From NCBI GenBank assembly GCA_002633005.1, contig NMRA01000220.1, positions 228,444 through 292,443 of the forward strand: a stretch of 64,000 nucleotides of DNA, read 5' to 3'. Under the pieces are notes generated by a model, which saw nothing but the letters and a program-made list of their open reading frames with translations, searched no databases and was not told where the DNA came from. This stretch comes from Phoronis australis. Taxonomy: Eukaryota; Animalia; Phoronida. The stretch's first letter is position 1, and the number at the start of each line of letters is the position of its first letter. The position numbers were made by a program, and so were the translations under genes. Positions 51,086-62,287 of this stretch are shown here, piece by piece.

Positions 51086-53603
51086 ACTATTGTCGAGTAT
51101 CCATGGAAATGGACGTTGATAGAAGCTGTTTAAATTGAAAGATGGAGATCAGTTAGTTGCTCATACGAAAATGTAAAAGATTTATGTCTGCGTTGATTAC
51201 GAACCCGCTTATTCATCGGTTGAATTACACTTAAAGATGTTTCAGATGCAATGGTGAAAGAGCCAGTGTAATCACAATTTGTTCTGAGCTAGAACTCCTT
51301 ATCGTCCCAGTTTGTTCTGGCTGCTTAAACAAGCAATGCAGATTTTTCCAGACAGACCCACGTTGTGCCACAACAAGATACAGTGTGAACCAAACAGAAC
51401 ACAGGGCAAATCGGGAATAACTTGTGCTCAGTGTTCGTGCATTGTAAACAGGGTATCACTGGAAATAACAACGAAGGATTATTGAAAAGGACAACAATTT
51501 GTTATCACACAATGTGCGAGGGGTGTTGTGTGTGCGTTTGTTACCGACGTGAAGGGACGCACTGGGAACAACTCCAACTAAATGGAGAAAGACCTCACTA
51601 ATGTATATAGTAAAAGGAATTCGTGTACAGCACTTATCAAACCTTAAACTTACGGGCTTACATAGAAGAAAAAACAAGGCGTTGTTAAAGATTCTCATCT
51701 GTTGGAAGCGAATACTAAAAGGAGAATGTAGTTGACTGATACCTTTTGTGATTAAATGGACGTGCATGGGCAACAAAGCCTAGTCATGTGCTCAAAGCAA
51801 CTGGTACACGTTTTATCAAAGATCTCTTGTGATGTAATACCCAAAACTGGTGTCCATTTATCAGAGGCTTCTTTAAAGTGCAGGTGTATGAAGAGTTTCT
51901 TACAATGTGAATACGGCGTAGGTTTGACTTTACCTGCAATGCTTAGTTCGTTTCAAAAGCACAGCCTCGCTTTCGCAGCCATGTGCTTACGACCGTGTTA
52001 GCTGCGACTGGGCGTGCGAGTCGTTTGATGAAAAGGTCCCTATAGAAGATTAACGAGAAAGTTTATATTAATCATCAGATTTATCACTAGACACGCACTC
52101 GTGTCTGGCAGTTTCTATTAAGACTATGGAGAGACTGCTTTATTTGTTAGTACAATGTACCTCAGATGCGAGTAGTTTGTTCGTTGGGTGTACACGCGTA
52201 TGTAGATTTTGCGAAGACAATCGTCAGAGGTCCGTTTGGTACATGTAATGTGAAAACAAATATGTTGCCAGCAAACTGTGCCTCGGTCGTTTCACAATGT
52301 CTGTGATATTGTGAAACAAGGACATGTTCGAACACTTACAGACAGGCTTAAATGAGCCAACTGCCTTTTAGGTATGTTAAATACATGTACTTTTGTGCAA
52401 CATATCTTTGTTTCGTTTTATTCCACACAACCATTAACTAATTAAAACACATTTTATGCCCCCCATAGTATGTGTCCCCATCGGAAACCCCTTTTATCCT
52501 CTCGACGAATCACAGTAGACTGGTCTATTGACGTCATCGTTGTGAGCAACACGTTACCTCACTCGTACCACAACATGAGCAGCTGATCGGCTGCCAGGAC
52601 AGAAAAAATATGTAGTTTGCTCAAGGAATGTCACCAATTAGAAACATCGCCGACGTTAGGCATCAATGTTAATTGATAATGCAATTACTAAGCAAAAAAA
52701 TCGTTTCAGGTAAAGCACCCTTCGAACCGAACAGCGGCGTAGGTCTCAGATAGGGCGCTGTGGATTCACCCACGACCCACAACGAACCAATTTTCGAAGT
52801 ATTTGCACACATGTAAAATGCCATACAACAGCTACGTTTCGTGCTAAATCTGACAACGGCAAACTTACCGAACTCTGTGGTGGAAATAATATTTATTTTT
52901 CACGTAAGATGTCTTGATTATCCACTAACAATATCCCCGACAAATAAATCATCGCGGCACTGGTCGGTACCATTTTATACGATCATGACTCAGAATTAAA
53001 TGTCGTCTATTAACGGTGTGTGTGAATGTACGTCTCATTTTTAATTCAAAAAACATACATGAAGATGACAACCCAAGGCCGTTACTTTCCAAACGACGGT
53101 CACAGCTCATAGGCTGATTTAGGGGGGGCAGGGGGCCCGCTCCCCCCCCCCCCGTTTGGCTGACGCAAAAAATAAAACAGCAAGAGCGTAGGGAAACGTT
53201 GAGTTTATTAATTAACCCCGGTAAGTAAAGTTATACGGATGAAACAAGATTTAAATGTGTGCAGTTTTAGTGTTTGGGGGAGGGGGGGGTCTCAGATCCA
53301 ATTTCAAGTGTCAAATTCGGAACCCGGCGCATTCGTAACGGACCTATGGCTAAGTACAGGCTCTCCCGCGATATCCCAGACGACGGGCAGGGGCGCTGCG
53401 CACTACGACTCCGTTTCCGTCGTCTGCTCCACAAAATACATTGCCAGTGTCGTCTCAAGTTGGTGGAATTTTAAAACTAAGAGATCTTGCTCAGGCGATT
53501 AGATGCCATATGTCCTAACACGGTGTCGTCATTGTTCAACACAACTACTGCATTTCCCAGTAGTGCTGCCTTAACCAGCTCGCGCGGTACGTAACAGAAA
53601 TGG

Positions 53604-53751
53604 CATGGAAGGCGCAGCACTGAAAAAAGTGGGGGGCTAAAGCCCCTTCACCCCCCTGTGGTGCACCGACTCTAGCCCACGTGCGGCGTAGCTCTGAAAG
53701 AAGTGGGGGGCTATAACCCCCCCACCAGCCTCCTATGGTGCGCCGCCCATG
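53604..53751. mobile_element. 148-bp MITE with CATGG termini and apparent 4-bp TSD ATGG
   Basis: ATGG|CATGGAAGGCGCA...TGCGCCGCCCATG|ATGG. The empty site CAGAAATGGGAGC is at 9391. Confidence 0.75.
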
Positions 53752-55099
53752 ATGGGAGCTCTCACCGATGAAGAAACTATACGTTTATAATGTTTCCAGA
53801 ACCACGCATTCGGCTGATACCATGCCAAAAACAATCAGCTTTCGTTCTCTCCAGCAACTCAACCATTGCTATTATTTGTCTTCTGTACTCATCGGTTGTT
53901 GCATTTTGAAGCTTTGGCGTCCATTGTGACGGCAGCGGTTGTCTTAATGCATGTTCATGTATGTCTGTAGCTCAGCACTATCTCTATACAACAGTACTGA
54001 TTCACTGTAGAAACAGTGAAGTCTCAACAATGGAGGCTCCACATGCACCTGCGAGTTAAAAAAATGATCCCTCGAAATCTTCATCATAAAATGTGACAGA
54101 ATTAAATGGCCCGGGTTTGCCACATGCCCTGAAACCTTTGACGGTGCGTTGGGAAACGTCGGTTCTCAAAATAAGCTTTTTTTGAGGTGCCAGCTACCTA
54201 TTGTTTTGCCAGAAATGGTAATCATCCAATTGTCAGCTTCTGATCTTTTCAAAAACTTAAAGTGTGTTTTGTCGAGTGGCCGTAACATACGAGTGCAATC
54301 GTTACCTGCTTATGAATGCTGTGTAAATCAAGCGCGGGGTTAGGCATTCCTTGTAAATTTGACAAAAGTGCTAAGTTAGGGTCTTGTTAGTGCCCAAAGC
54401 TCTTGACGCGCTCGTTCCTACTGGCTTTCGCACAGTCAGGTCGTGACACAAGTGGAAACAAGTACTGCACCCAGTCTATTCCTGTCAACTTCGTACCTTA
54501 ACTAAACGTGTGCTCAATGTTTACCCTTTCTGGAACGGCGTTGGATAAACAAACATCATGGACGGATTGGGGGGGGCCCCTAAAATTCTCCAAGATTCCA
54601 TTTGGCAGTTCGGGGTTGCGCCGGAATGTCTAACGGTAAAATCCTGGCTAATACTCTGTCCTGGTCCCCGTAACTCAAAAATCCTGGATTCGCCCCAGTA
54701 CATCGTGTGTTATAGTCTACAACAGCATAATCCCAAAAGTCGGCTCTGCACTGCGTCTAACTGGATTTTAGCTCGATCTCCACGCGTTGAAATAAACCAT
54801 ATTGGAATCGACCGAGTTTTAAAATAAGTTTGTTAAAATTACAGTCCCTATGGCGTCGAAAACTTCTACAGTATGCACTCCAAAACAACTTGGCTCAAAT
54901 CATCTTCAAGGAACTACTCAATACCACTCTTGGAGACCACTTTCCATTTACTCTGCATAATTACCACGAAACCTGACCTAACCCAATTTGGAAGGGCCAC
55001 AAGGGCCTCAACCGTGACTTCAGACCAAATGTAACCGGATGATATGTGTCACACATCTTCCTCTTTATCGTAGGTGGGCGTTTCACGAATAGTTCTAAA

Positions 55100-55182
55100 A
55101 CCCCTTCGACCCTCTCGACCCCACGCCCCTCGATCCACGACCCCCTCGGTCCACAACCTCTCGGCCCCACGACCCATGACAC
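55100..55182. repeat. Degenerate short tandem repeat (CCCC.CGA-like units)
   Basis: About ten imperfect 8-9 bp units. Confidence 0.6.
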
Positions 55183-55929
55183 AAAACCCCCTTGAACCAG
55201 TATTTATTAGGCAACACGTACCCCTCAGTTGACTGGTTAGGGGCTACAATACTTCCCATCGCTTTCTGTACGAATTTGGTATTTAAAGGGGCGGTAGGCC
55301 AAAGCCGGTCACCGATTAAGAGTTTTCACCTCGTCAAAGATATATTCCACACTTAAAACTATCAGTTAAAAAGCGCCTACTTTCTTCAGTGTTCCTTTTT
55401 ACTTCTATACATAACTTCGATGAAGCTTAGCTACGAGAATTAAAGGAGCATGCCACCCAAAAAACATCCTAATTTGGATCAATTTAGATCGAGTAGTTCT
55501 TCTCCATAACGACACGTTCGGTTGCGTTACCTGACACCTGACGGAAGACGGAGGTGTTGAAATTATCCAATGACGTCATCGGTTTCACACGCAGTCTGTT
55601 CAGCAGTTCACAACACGGGTTACTGGTATCAGCTTATCGCTTGAAGTCATCGTTTAACACCAATAAATCATCAAACTTCGATGTAAAACCCTTAAAATTA
55701 CACCGAGTTCTCATAAAAAAGTGTTGTTTTATTTCGCTCTTACGGATTTATTGGTATTTGGACACACCGTAGCCTACAAACTTGAAGTTCGGCAGGCCAA
55801 TAAGGTCCGTAGCAGGAGTTTGGGGTCTGTTCGGAGATAATTTCGAAGTATTTTGCGTGAGATACAGACAGGAGAGCCTAGATCTGTGTTGTTTAGACTC
55901 GTGATTTTTTGAGTTCTAAACACAAAAAT

Positions 55930-56786
55930 ATAGATTATTACATGGCGAAGTCGTTATCCCCCGTTATCTAGAGCCCGAGTGGATTTTGGTGAATTATCGC
56001 CCGAGGGGCGTTAGCCCCGAGGGTGATAATTCTCCAAAATCCACGAGGGCTCTAGATAAGGGGGATAACGGCTGAGAACATGTAATAATCTATTTATACC
56101 ACATACTAAACGAGAAACATTGCAATGAATCGATTTACCTTTTCTGACTCTCCACGGCTTTGTAACTACTTTCTATGTCAGAGGCCCGGGGTCGGAGGTC
56201 GTGACCTTTTAAGAAAAGCCCGGCTATTTTTGTCAAATAATGCTTTTACTCAACACCAATTGAAAACTTAAATATTATAGAAATAAATTGAATTTATAAA
56301 TTAAGGTTTACCAACTATTATAGCTTAAAACACGTTTTTTTCACGCTATGCTTCGACCGGGAAATTATCGTCTGCTGAATATAACTGAATATAATTCTCA
56401 AGTCAAAGATCTTGACGACACGATACCCGCATTCAAAGTAGAGATCGGTGATTTACAAGTAAGAGGACACGAGAGAAAAATTTCACCGAATTAAGATATC
56501 ATTTTTATGGAAATTATGTGTCTTATTTTTCGTAGCGTATAAGTACAGTACAATGCTGTTTGTTGAACGTGCGATTATTGCGCGTGCTCATTTAAGTATT
56601 CTATTTTCACTCTTGATGACATCAGTCGCTGCGTGGTGTAGTGGTAAAGTCGGTGACCAGCAATATTAGGGTTCCGGGTTCGACCCCGTCCTCGGTTTCC
56701 CGCCAAATCATTATCTCACTAGTGAGATAACTTTATGGGTTATTACACGGTTGTATCTGCCATTTGACGCTAATATTGTGGTATAA
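55930..56786. mobile_element. Foldback (Crypton-like) element nested in Kolobok copy A
   Basis: A 164-bp hairpin at 55930-56093 plus TTATACCACA...TGTGGTATAA inverted repeats. Absent from the corresponding position of copy B (about 58445). Confidence 0.7.
56625..56700 (+). other. tRNA-like Pol III promoter head (SINE fragment or pseudo-tRNA)
   Basis: TGGTGTAGTGG (A box) and GGTTCGACCCC (B box) at tRNA-like spacing. Acceptor and anticodon stems do not pair properly. Confidence 0.45.
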
Positions 56787-58003
56787 CGCTTGTTATCCTG
56801 GCCAGTGGCTCGGAGCCCGATCGAGCCCATCGCGGCGGCCGGATTGACTCGTTATCCCGGCCTGAGAGTGGCTCGGAAACTGATCAGACATCAAGAACAT
56901 AAACCAAGCAAAGTTCAGTGGAAACTAAACTTCCAGTCAAGAAAATACTATACAAGTGAGCCAAAGTAATGTGCACCTGATTATATCTACTTACTCGTCG
57001 GGGGCCGCGAATTCAGGTTGGCCACAGCACCGTCAGGGCAGAAGTTGTACATTGACAATCATTATTTGAGTAACGTAAATGTAAATAAAAATTCTCTTAA
57101 CACCTGGCCGTGGGATGGAAATCTAGTTGTTTCACAACAATTTCTGCCAGTAAACACTAAATTAGCATTATATCACACGGCCTCGGTGTCCCGTCAACTA
57201 TTAGTTTTATTGCACCTAAAGCCGGTAACGCAGTGATTTATTCATTGCTGGCTTCTCAAATCATTTGCACTCACGAACACTCCAAAGGCATTGCAAATTG
57301 CATACTTTGTTTCAGTTTCATATAAGTATTGGTTAGGGTGAGAATAATTCGTTTTGAAACAGAACGCTGGGTAATAAACGCCAACATGGCAACTCGGAAT
57401 CCCGACTTAGGACGAGCTAGAGCTCATCAGTCCCGACTTCGCAGGTGGGTCGTTAAGTTTTACAGGCTATCAATTCGAACAGGAATACAGTGATGAAGAA
57501 ATACTAGAGAGGCGCCGTGAACAAGCTCAGACAACGAAACGTATGGAGTTATTTGGTAAGCCCATTCGTCAGGCACTCACCGCTGTCGATGTCTGCAAGC
57601 CAAAGACACGGAGATGTTTCACGGCCTCATACTTGCTATTTACAGTGTACATTTCATTCTTCACTACCATGAGCCACTTCCTAAGCATTTCGGACTCTCG
57701 AGGAAGTAAAAAAAACGATATACCCGCTTTCCTCGTAGCTGCTTAGTTCGGACAAGCGGGCACGATGCACTGCAACATAGCGACATTCACTCTGCATATG
57801 AACCACTGACGTCGCTAGCGTTGTTTCTCACCTTCCTCACAGGTTAACGCGACACCTCTTGGCAAGGTAAAGTCGTCCGTATGCGAGGCGATATGGATAT
57901 AGACCGATTAAGACGGCAAAAAAGACTAATTAAATGGGGTGGCATTCGCCTTTAAGGTGACTTTGGCAAAGAATTCCAACTCCACATTTTTAGTCACCGT
58001 TAA

Positions 58004-59468
58004 AGGAGAATGCCACCCAAAAAACAACCCATTTTGTATAAATTTTGGTCGAGTAGTTCTACTCGATAATGGCATGTTTGGTTGCGTTACCTGACACCTG
58101 ACGGCAGACGGAGGTGTTGAAATTATCCAATGACGTAATTGGTTTCACACGCAGTCTTTTCAGCAGTTCACAACACGGGTTACTTTTGTCAGGTTATCGC
58201 TTGAATTTATCGTATAAAACCAATAAATAATCAAATTTCGATGTAAAACCCTTAAAATACACCGAGTTCTTATAAAAACGTGTATTTGGATACACCGTAG
58301 CCTACAAAGTCCGGCAGGCCAATTTACCAAGGAGTTTGGGGTCTGTTCGGAGATAAATTCGAAGTATTCTTCCGTGAAATACAGACAGGAAAACCTAGAA
58401 CTGTGTTGTTTAGACTTGTGATTTTTTGAGTTCTAAACACACAACACGATTATTATCCCGACCAGTGGCTCGGAACCCGATCAGGCCCGTCGCGGCCGGA
58501 CGGACTCGTTATCCCCGGCCGGCCAGTGGCTCGGAGCCCGATCAGGCCCGTCGCGGCCGCCGGAAGTGACACGAACATAAATCAGCTTGAATTGGAAACT
58601 AAACCTCCAGTCACGAAAAGACTATATTAGTGAGCCAAAGAGATAATGGGAATTAGCCACGAAACTGAAAATCTACTTACTTGTCGGGGGCCGTGAAGTC
58701 GGGTTTCCCCTTCCACAGGGCCGTCAGGGCAAAGGTTGTACAGTAACAATGATTTGAATAATGTATTTGTATTTCTGAATAAAGATTCCCCTAACATGTG
58801 ACCATAGATATAAAATCGAGTAATTGTTTCACAACATCTTTCTGTCAGCAGCAAACACTGTAGCATCATGCGCTCACGATACGGCCTCGGTGCCCGGTCA
58901 ATACCCTTATTGCCGGCACCAAAAGCCGGTAAAGCAGTGGTTTATTCGTTACTGGCTTCTCAACATTTGCACTCACGAATACTGCAAAGACATTACAAAT
59001 TGTATCTAATGAGACAGACTTTATGTCAGTTTTATACAAGCATTGATTAGGATGAGAATAATTCATTTTTAAACAGAACGCAGAATAATAAACGTCTACA
59101 TGGCAACTCGCCTGGCTCCAATTCCGACATAGTTAGTCAAGAGCTCATCCGACGAAGACTTCACGGATCGGATCGTTAGGTTTCACAGGCTATCAATTCG
59201 AACCGGAATACACTGATCAAGAAATACTAGAGAGGCGCAGCGAACATGCACAGGCAACGGAACGTATGGATAGTTCTTTGGTAAGCCGGAATTCGTCAGA
59301 GAAATCACTGTCGACGAAATGCCGGCCACAGACAGGGAGATGTTTCACGGCCTCATACTTGCTATTACCAGCGTACCTTTCGTTCTTCACTACCGCGAGC
59401 CACGTCTTAAGCATTTTGGGCTCTCGATGAAGTCGAAAAAACGATATACCCGCTTTCTTCGCAGCTTC
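58004..59468. mobile_element. Kolobok-type DNA transposon (copy B), right end truncated
   Basis: TTAA|AGGAGAATGCCACCC, colinear with copy A. KolX-like GYQFEPEYTDQEILERR on +; THAP remnant ISFFRLHREPKMLKTWL...VCGRHFVDSDF on - (ORF 59217-59486). Confidence 0.8.
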
Positions 59469-59469
59469 A

Positions 59470-60851
59470 TAGATATTATTTCTCATCCCATATATATGAA
59501 AATATGGCCATTATATATGTGACGTATTCAGCTGTGATATGCGGGAAAGTAGAGCCAATCCGTATATCGCGGCAGAAGCCGTATTCAAAGGCAGAAGTCG
59601 TATTTCACGGTTAGTGTGCAGTTTGGTGGTAGAGTACAACGCCAAATTTTATTGGGCTCAATCATTTGGGTTACTCAAATCATTAATTCAAGTCATCGTT
59701 CCTGAAAAAGCAGTTTTACTGCTCTAAAAGCAGAAAAGATTTAATGTTGAAAATTTCGACGCACCGTGACCAGGCGGCTATTATTGAGCCTCGCTAAAGT
59801 TTCAATCTGGGGCATCATACATTTAAATAGGCCAAACTGAGTAAAATCTGCCAAAATTTAATTTAAGTCCAACAAAAACGTTTCGTTATGGATGCATACA
59901 GTATATCTACCCTGGGATCTAAGGTCTTTACAGGAAATGAAGACCTAATAACGAGTATGTGTTTTTTACTGAAGCAATCGTCTGCTCGCAGCGTTCAACT
60001 CTCCGTCGCCAGCCGTGGCGTAAAACTTCTGCTTTGCGATAATCCTTACCTCAAGTTCCGGAAATCAGCACAATTTCCACCGTTATTTTCCAATGCTGTG
60101 ATCAACACAGGGAAATGTTTTTATTGCTATGTACAGTCCAGAAGCTAAGACACGAAGATAGACAAAGAAAACTAAGAAATTCATCGAAGCTGACAACAAG
60201 CTGTTGCAGACAACTCAGTTCAGGGAATGTTTCAATTTTTATATTCCCAGATGGATTATTTCTAAGTTTCCGGCAAACTTTTGATATAATTGAGTGGTTC
60301 AGTGCCCTAACTTCTATATTTCATAATCTAAAAATTCCGATGAATTTATTACGCAATAAAACTTTACTGGTTATTCAAAACGTCCACAGATTGTCTTGTA
60401 GCTTAACCTGACGTGTGTTCAGTAGACGCTAGGACCTACGCTAGGACCTAGCTAAAACCTAGTCATAGTCACGTGTTCTTATTTAAAATGCACGGCAATA
60501 TCTCGCGTAATCTCGCGAAGTCTTGCTTTTTAGCGAGGTCCTAGCGTTACTGAACGGGAGGCAGCTTTTGTACCGTACTTGGCATACATATGACGTCATA
60601 TAACAACAAGCCGGATCACACGGCAACAAGGTATTGCCACGATGATGCAAATAAGTCCAAATATATGGGATGAATAGGTTATCCCACATACATAGGAATA
60701 ATACTGCGATATCCTATCTCGAATTCATTTCATCTGGGAATGTTCCAACTCGACCTTCGGTTTCGTTGGGACATCTCCAGATGAAATGAATTCGAGATAG
60801 GATACGGCATTAGTATTCCTATGTATGTGGGATAACCACTGTTATCCTATA
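59470..60851. mobile_element. Foldback (Crypton-like) element interrupting Kolobok copy B
   Basis: TCATCCCATATAT (59484) / ATATATGGGATGA (60661) inverted repeat, followed by a 161-bp hairpin at 60677-60837. Confidence 0.55.
60411..60561. mobile_element. 151-bp MITE, second copy of 12628-12778
   Basis: Closely similar sequence, flanked by CTG and CAG. Confidence 0.8.
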
Positions 60852-61859
60852 CGCGTGATAGTATGGCCATGAAATAAGGGTCGCATTGTGAGGTTTGATA
60901 TGGAAGAACTACTTTTCCGTATTTAACGCGCGTTGAATATTGATTTCCGTATTCAAAGCGCTTTGAATACGGATGCCTTCTTTCTCGCCAAAATTCCCTT
61001 CTAAGCACACCATGCACTACAATTGGTAGAAACATGATTACATATATAGCATCATCTCGAGTTCAGCTCCGTGCGCAAAATTTTCACATGCCAATACTTT
61101 GATATGAGTTCTGAAAACTAAACAAAAAAGTGAAATAAAAATATCATTGACAAGGTTTTTTAATATATTGTGAAATTTTGCATCTGAGTAGAACACTTAA
61201 ATCACCAAATGTCTCGAACTTGCCACAATATATTTGGGATTAGGAAAGCAATATACATTACAAATGCATGCCTCCTTTTGATCACCTATTGCACTACACC
61301 AGTTGAAGTTCTTAACGGTCAAATATGAGCCAATTTTTAAATTCGTTCTCAAAACAATCAAAATATGTCGAGCCCAAAAGCAAAACTGCAACTTCTGTAA
61401 ACACTGTATTTTTGTGAGTTTTATGTTAAATTTGGAATACTTTCTACCTAAAAATAATAAGAACCGCGCAAGGAGCATTTTAAGAATCGTCTGAACGTGC
61501 ATCAGCCTCAACGGCCTGTACAAATATTACTCAACGAAGTCAAGAAAAATCGTCAGAAATGTAGCAAACTTTTATTAACTTAGAAACAGGTTTAGCTCAA
61601 ACTCTGAAGAAAATACCGAAAATAGCAGATACGCACCCCAAGCCTGTAGCTGGTGTAAAATACAACTTGACTGCCGTGGCATGCCGGCTGCAAAGTTTCA
61701 TTCATAAAAATTTTGCGTGCACGTACATGTATACGTGTCACGCGATCTGCGATCTTCATTGATAAAAGATGACAAACGACATCAAAACAAGCAGAGCAAT
61801 CTGTGTAAACCCGCTTCTTTAAAGACTTTAAAGAATCCTCAGTGGGGCGCATATGATAA

Positions 61860-62068
61860 ATAGGTTATGCAACGTACGTGTTTGTACTGTTGTACTATTA
61901 TATCTTGATTAGTGTTCTGCAAAAGTATTTGAACGAGGACGAATTGAACTCGGGCTTCACCCTCGTTCAAATACTTTTGCATATTACGAATCTCGATATA
62001 ATAACAATTGGCACAAATACGCACGTTGTATAATTTATATGTACAAACACGTACGTTGTATAACCTAT
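61860..62068. repeat. About 210-bp foldback hairpin
   Basis: ATAGGTTATGCAACGTACGTGTTTGTAC pairs with GTACAAACACGTACGTTGTATAACCTAT; the inner GCAAAAGTATTTGAACGAGG pairs with CCTCGTTCAAATACTTTTGC. Confidence 0.8.
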
Positions 62069-62287
62069 ATATCTACGCCACTCTAGGCACATTTGTGTAT
62101 GTATTTCTTCTCCAGGCTTCACGTCTCTTCTACGTACAACAATGTTTAAAACACGTGATTCCGTGCACGTCTTCAAAAGTGACATCACTCAAATAAATAA
62201 CATTACGACCACATTATGTGTCTCATAACACGGCACGTGAAGTTAGTACATTACCAGAAAGTCGAGAGTACGTAAATAAAAATCGGA

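Larger units (their letters stand above)
49488..54985 (+). repeat. Segmental duplication copy 2, paralogous to about 541-12790
   Basis: Colinear similarity to copy 1 through two exons and the 3' flank. Confidence 0.92.
55444..57951. mobile_element. Kolobok-type DNA transposon, internally deleted (copy A)
   Basis: TTAA|AGGAGCATGCCACCC...GGGTGGCATTCGCCT|TTAA. Contains convergent remnants of a KolX-like N-terminus (+, 57386-57554, GYQFEQEYSDEEILERR) and a THAP N-terminus (-, 57778-57552, MLQCIVPACPN*...ISFFLLP...KWL). Confidence 0.8.
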
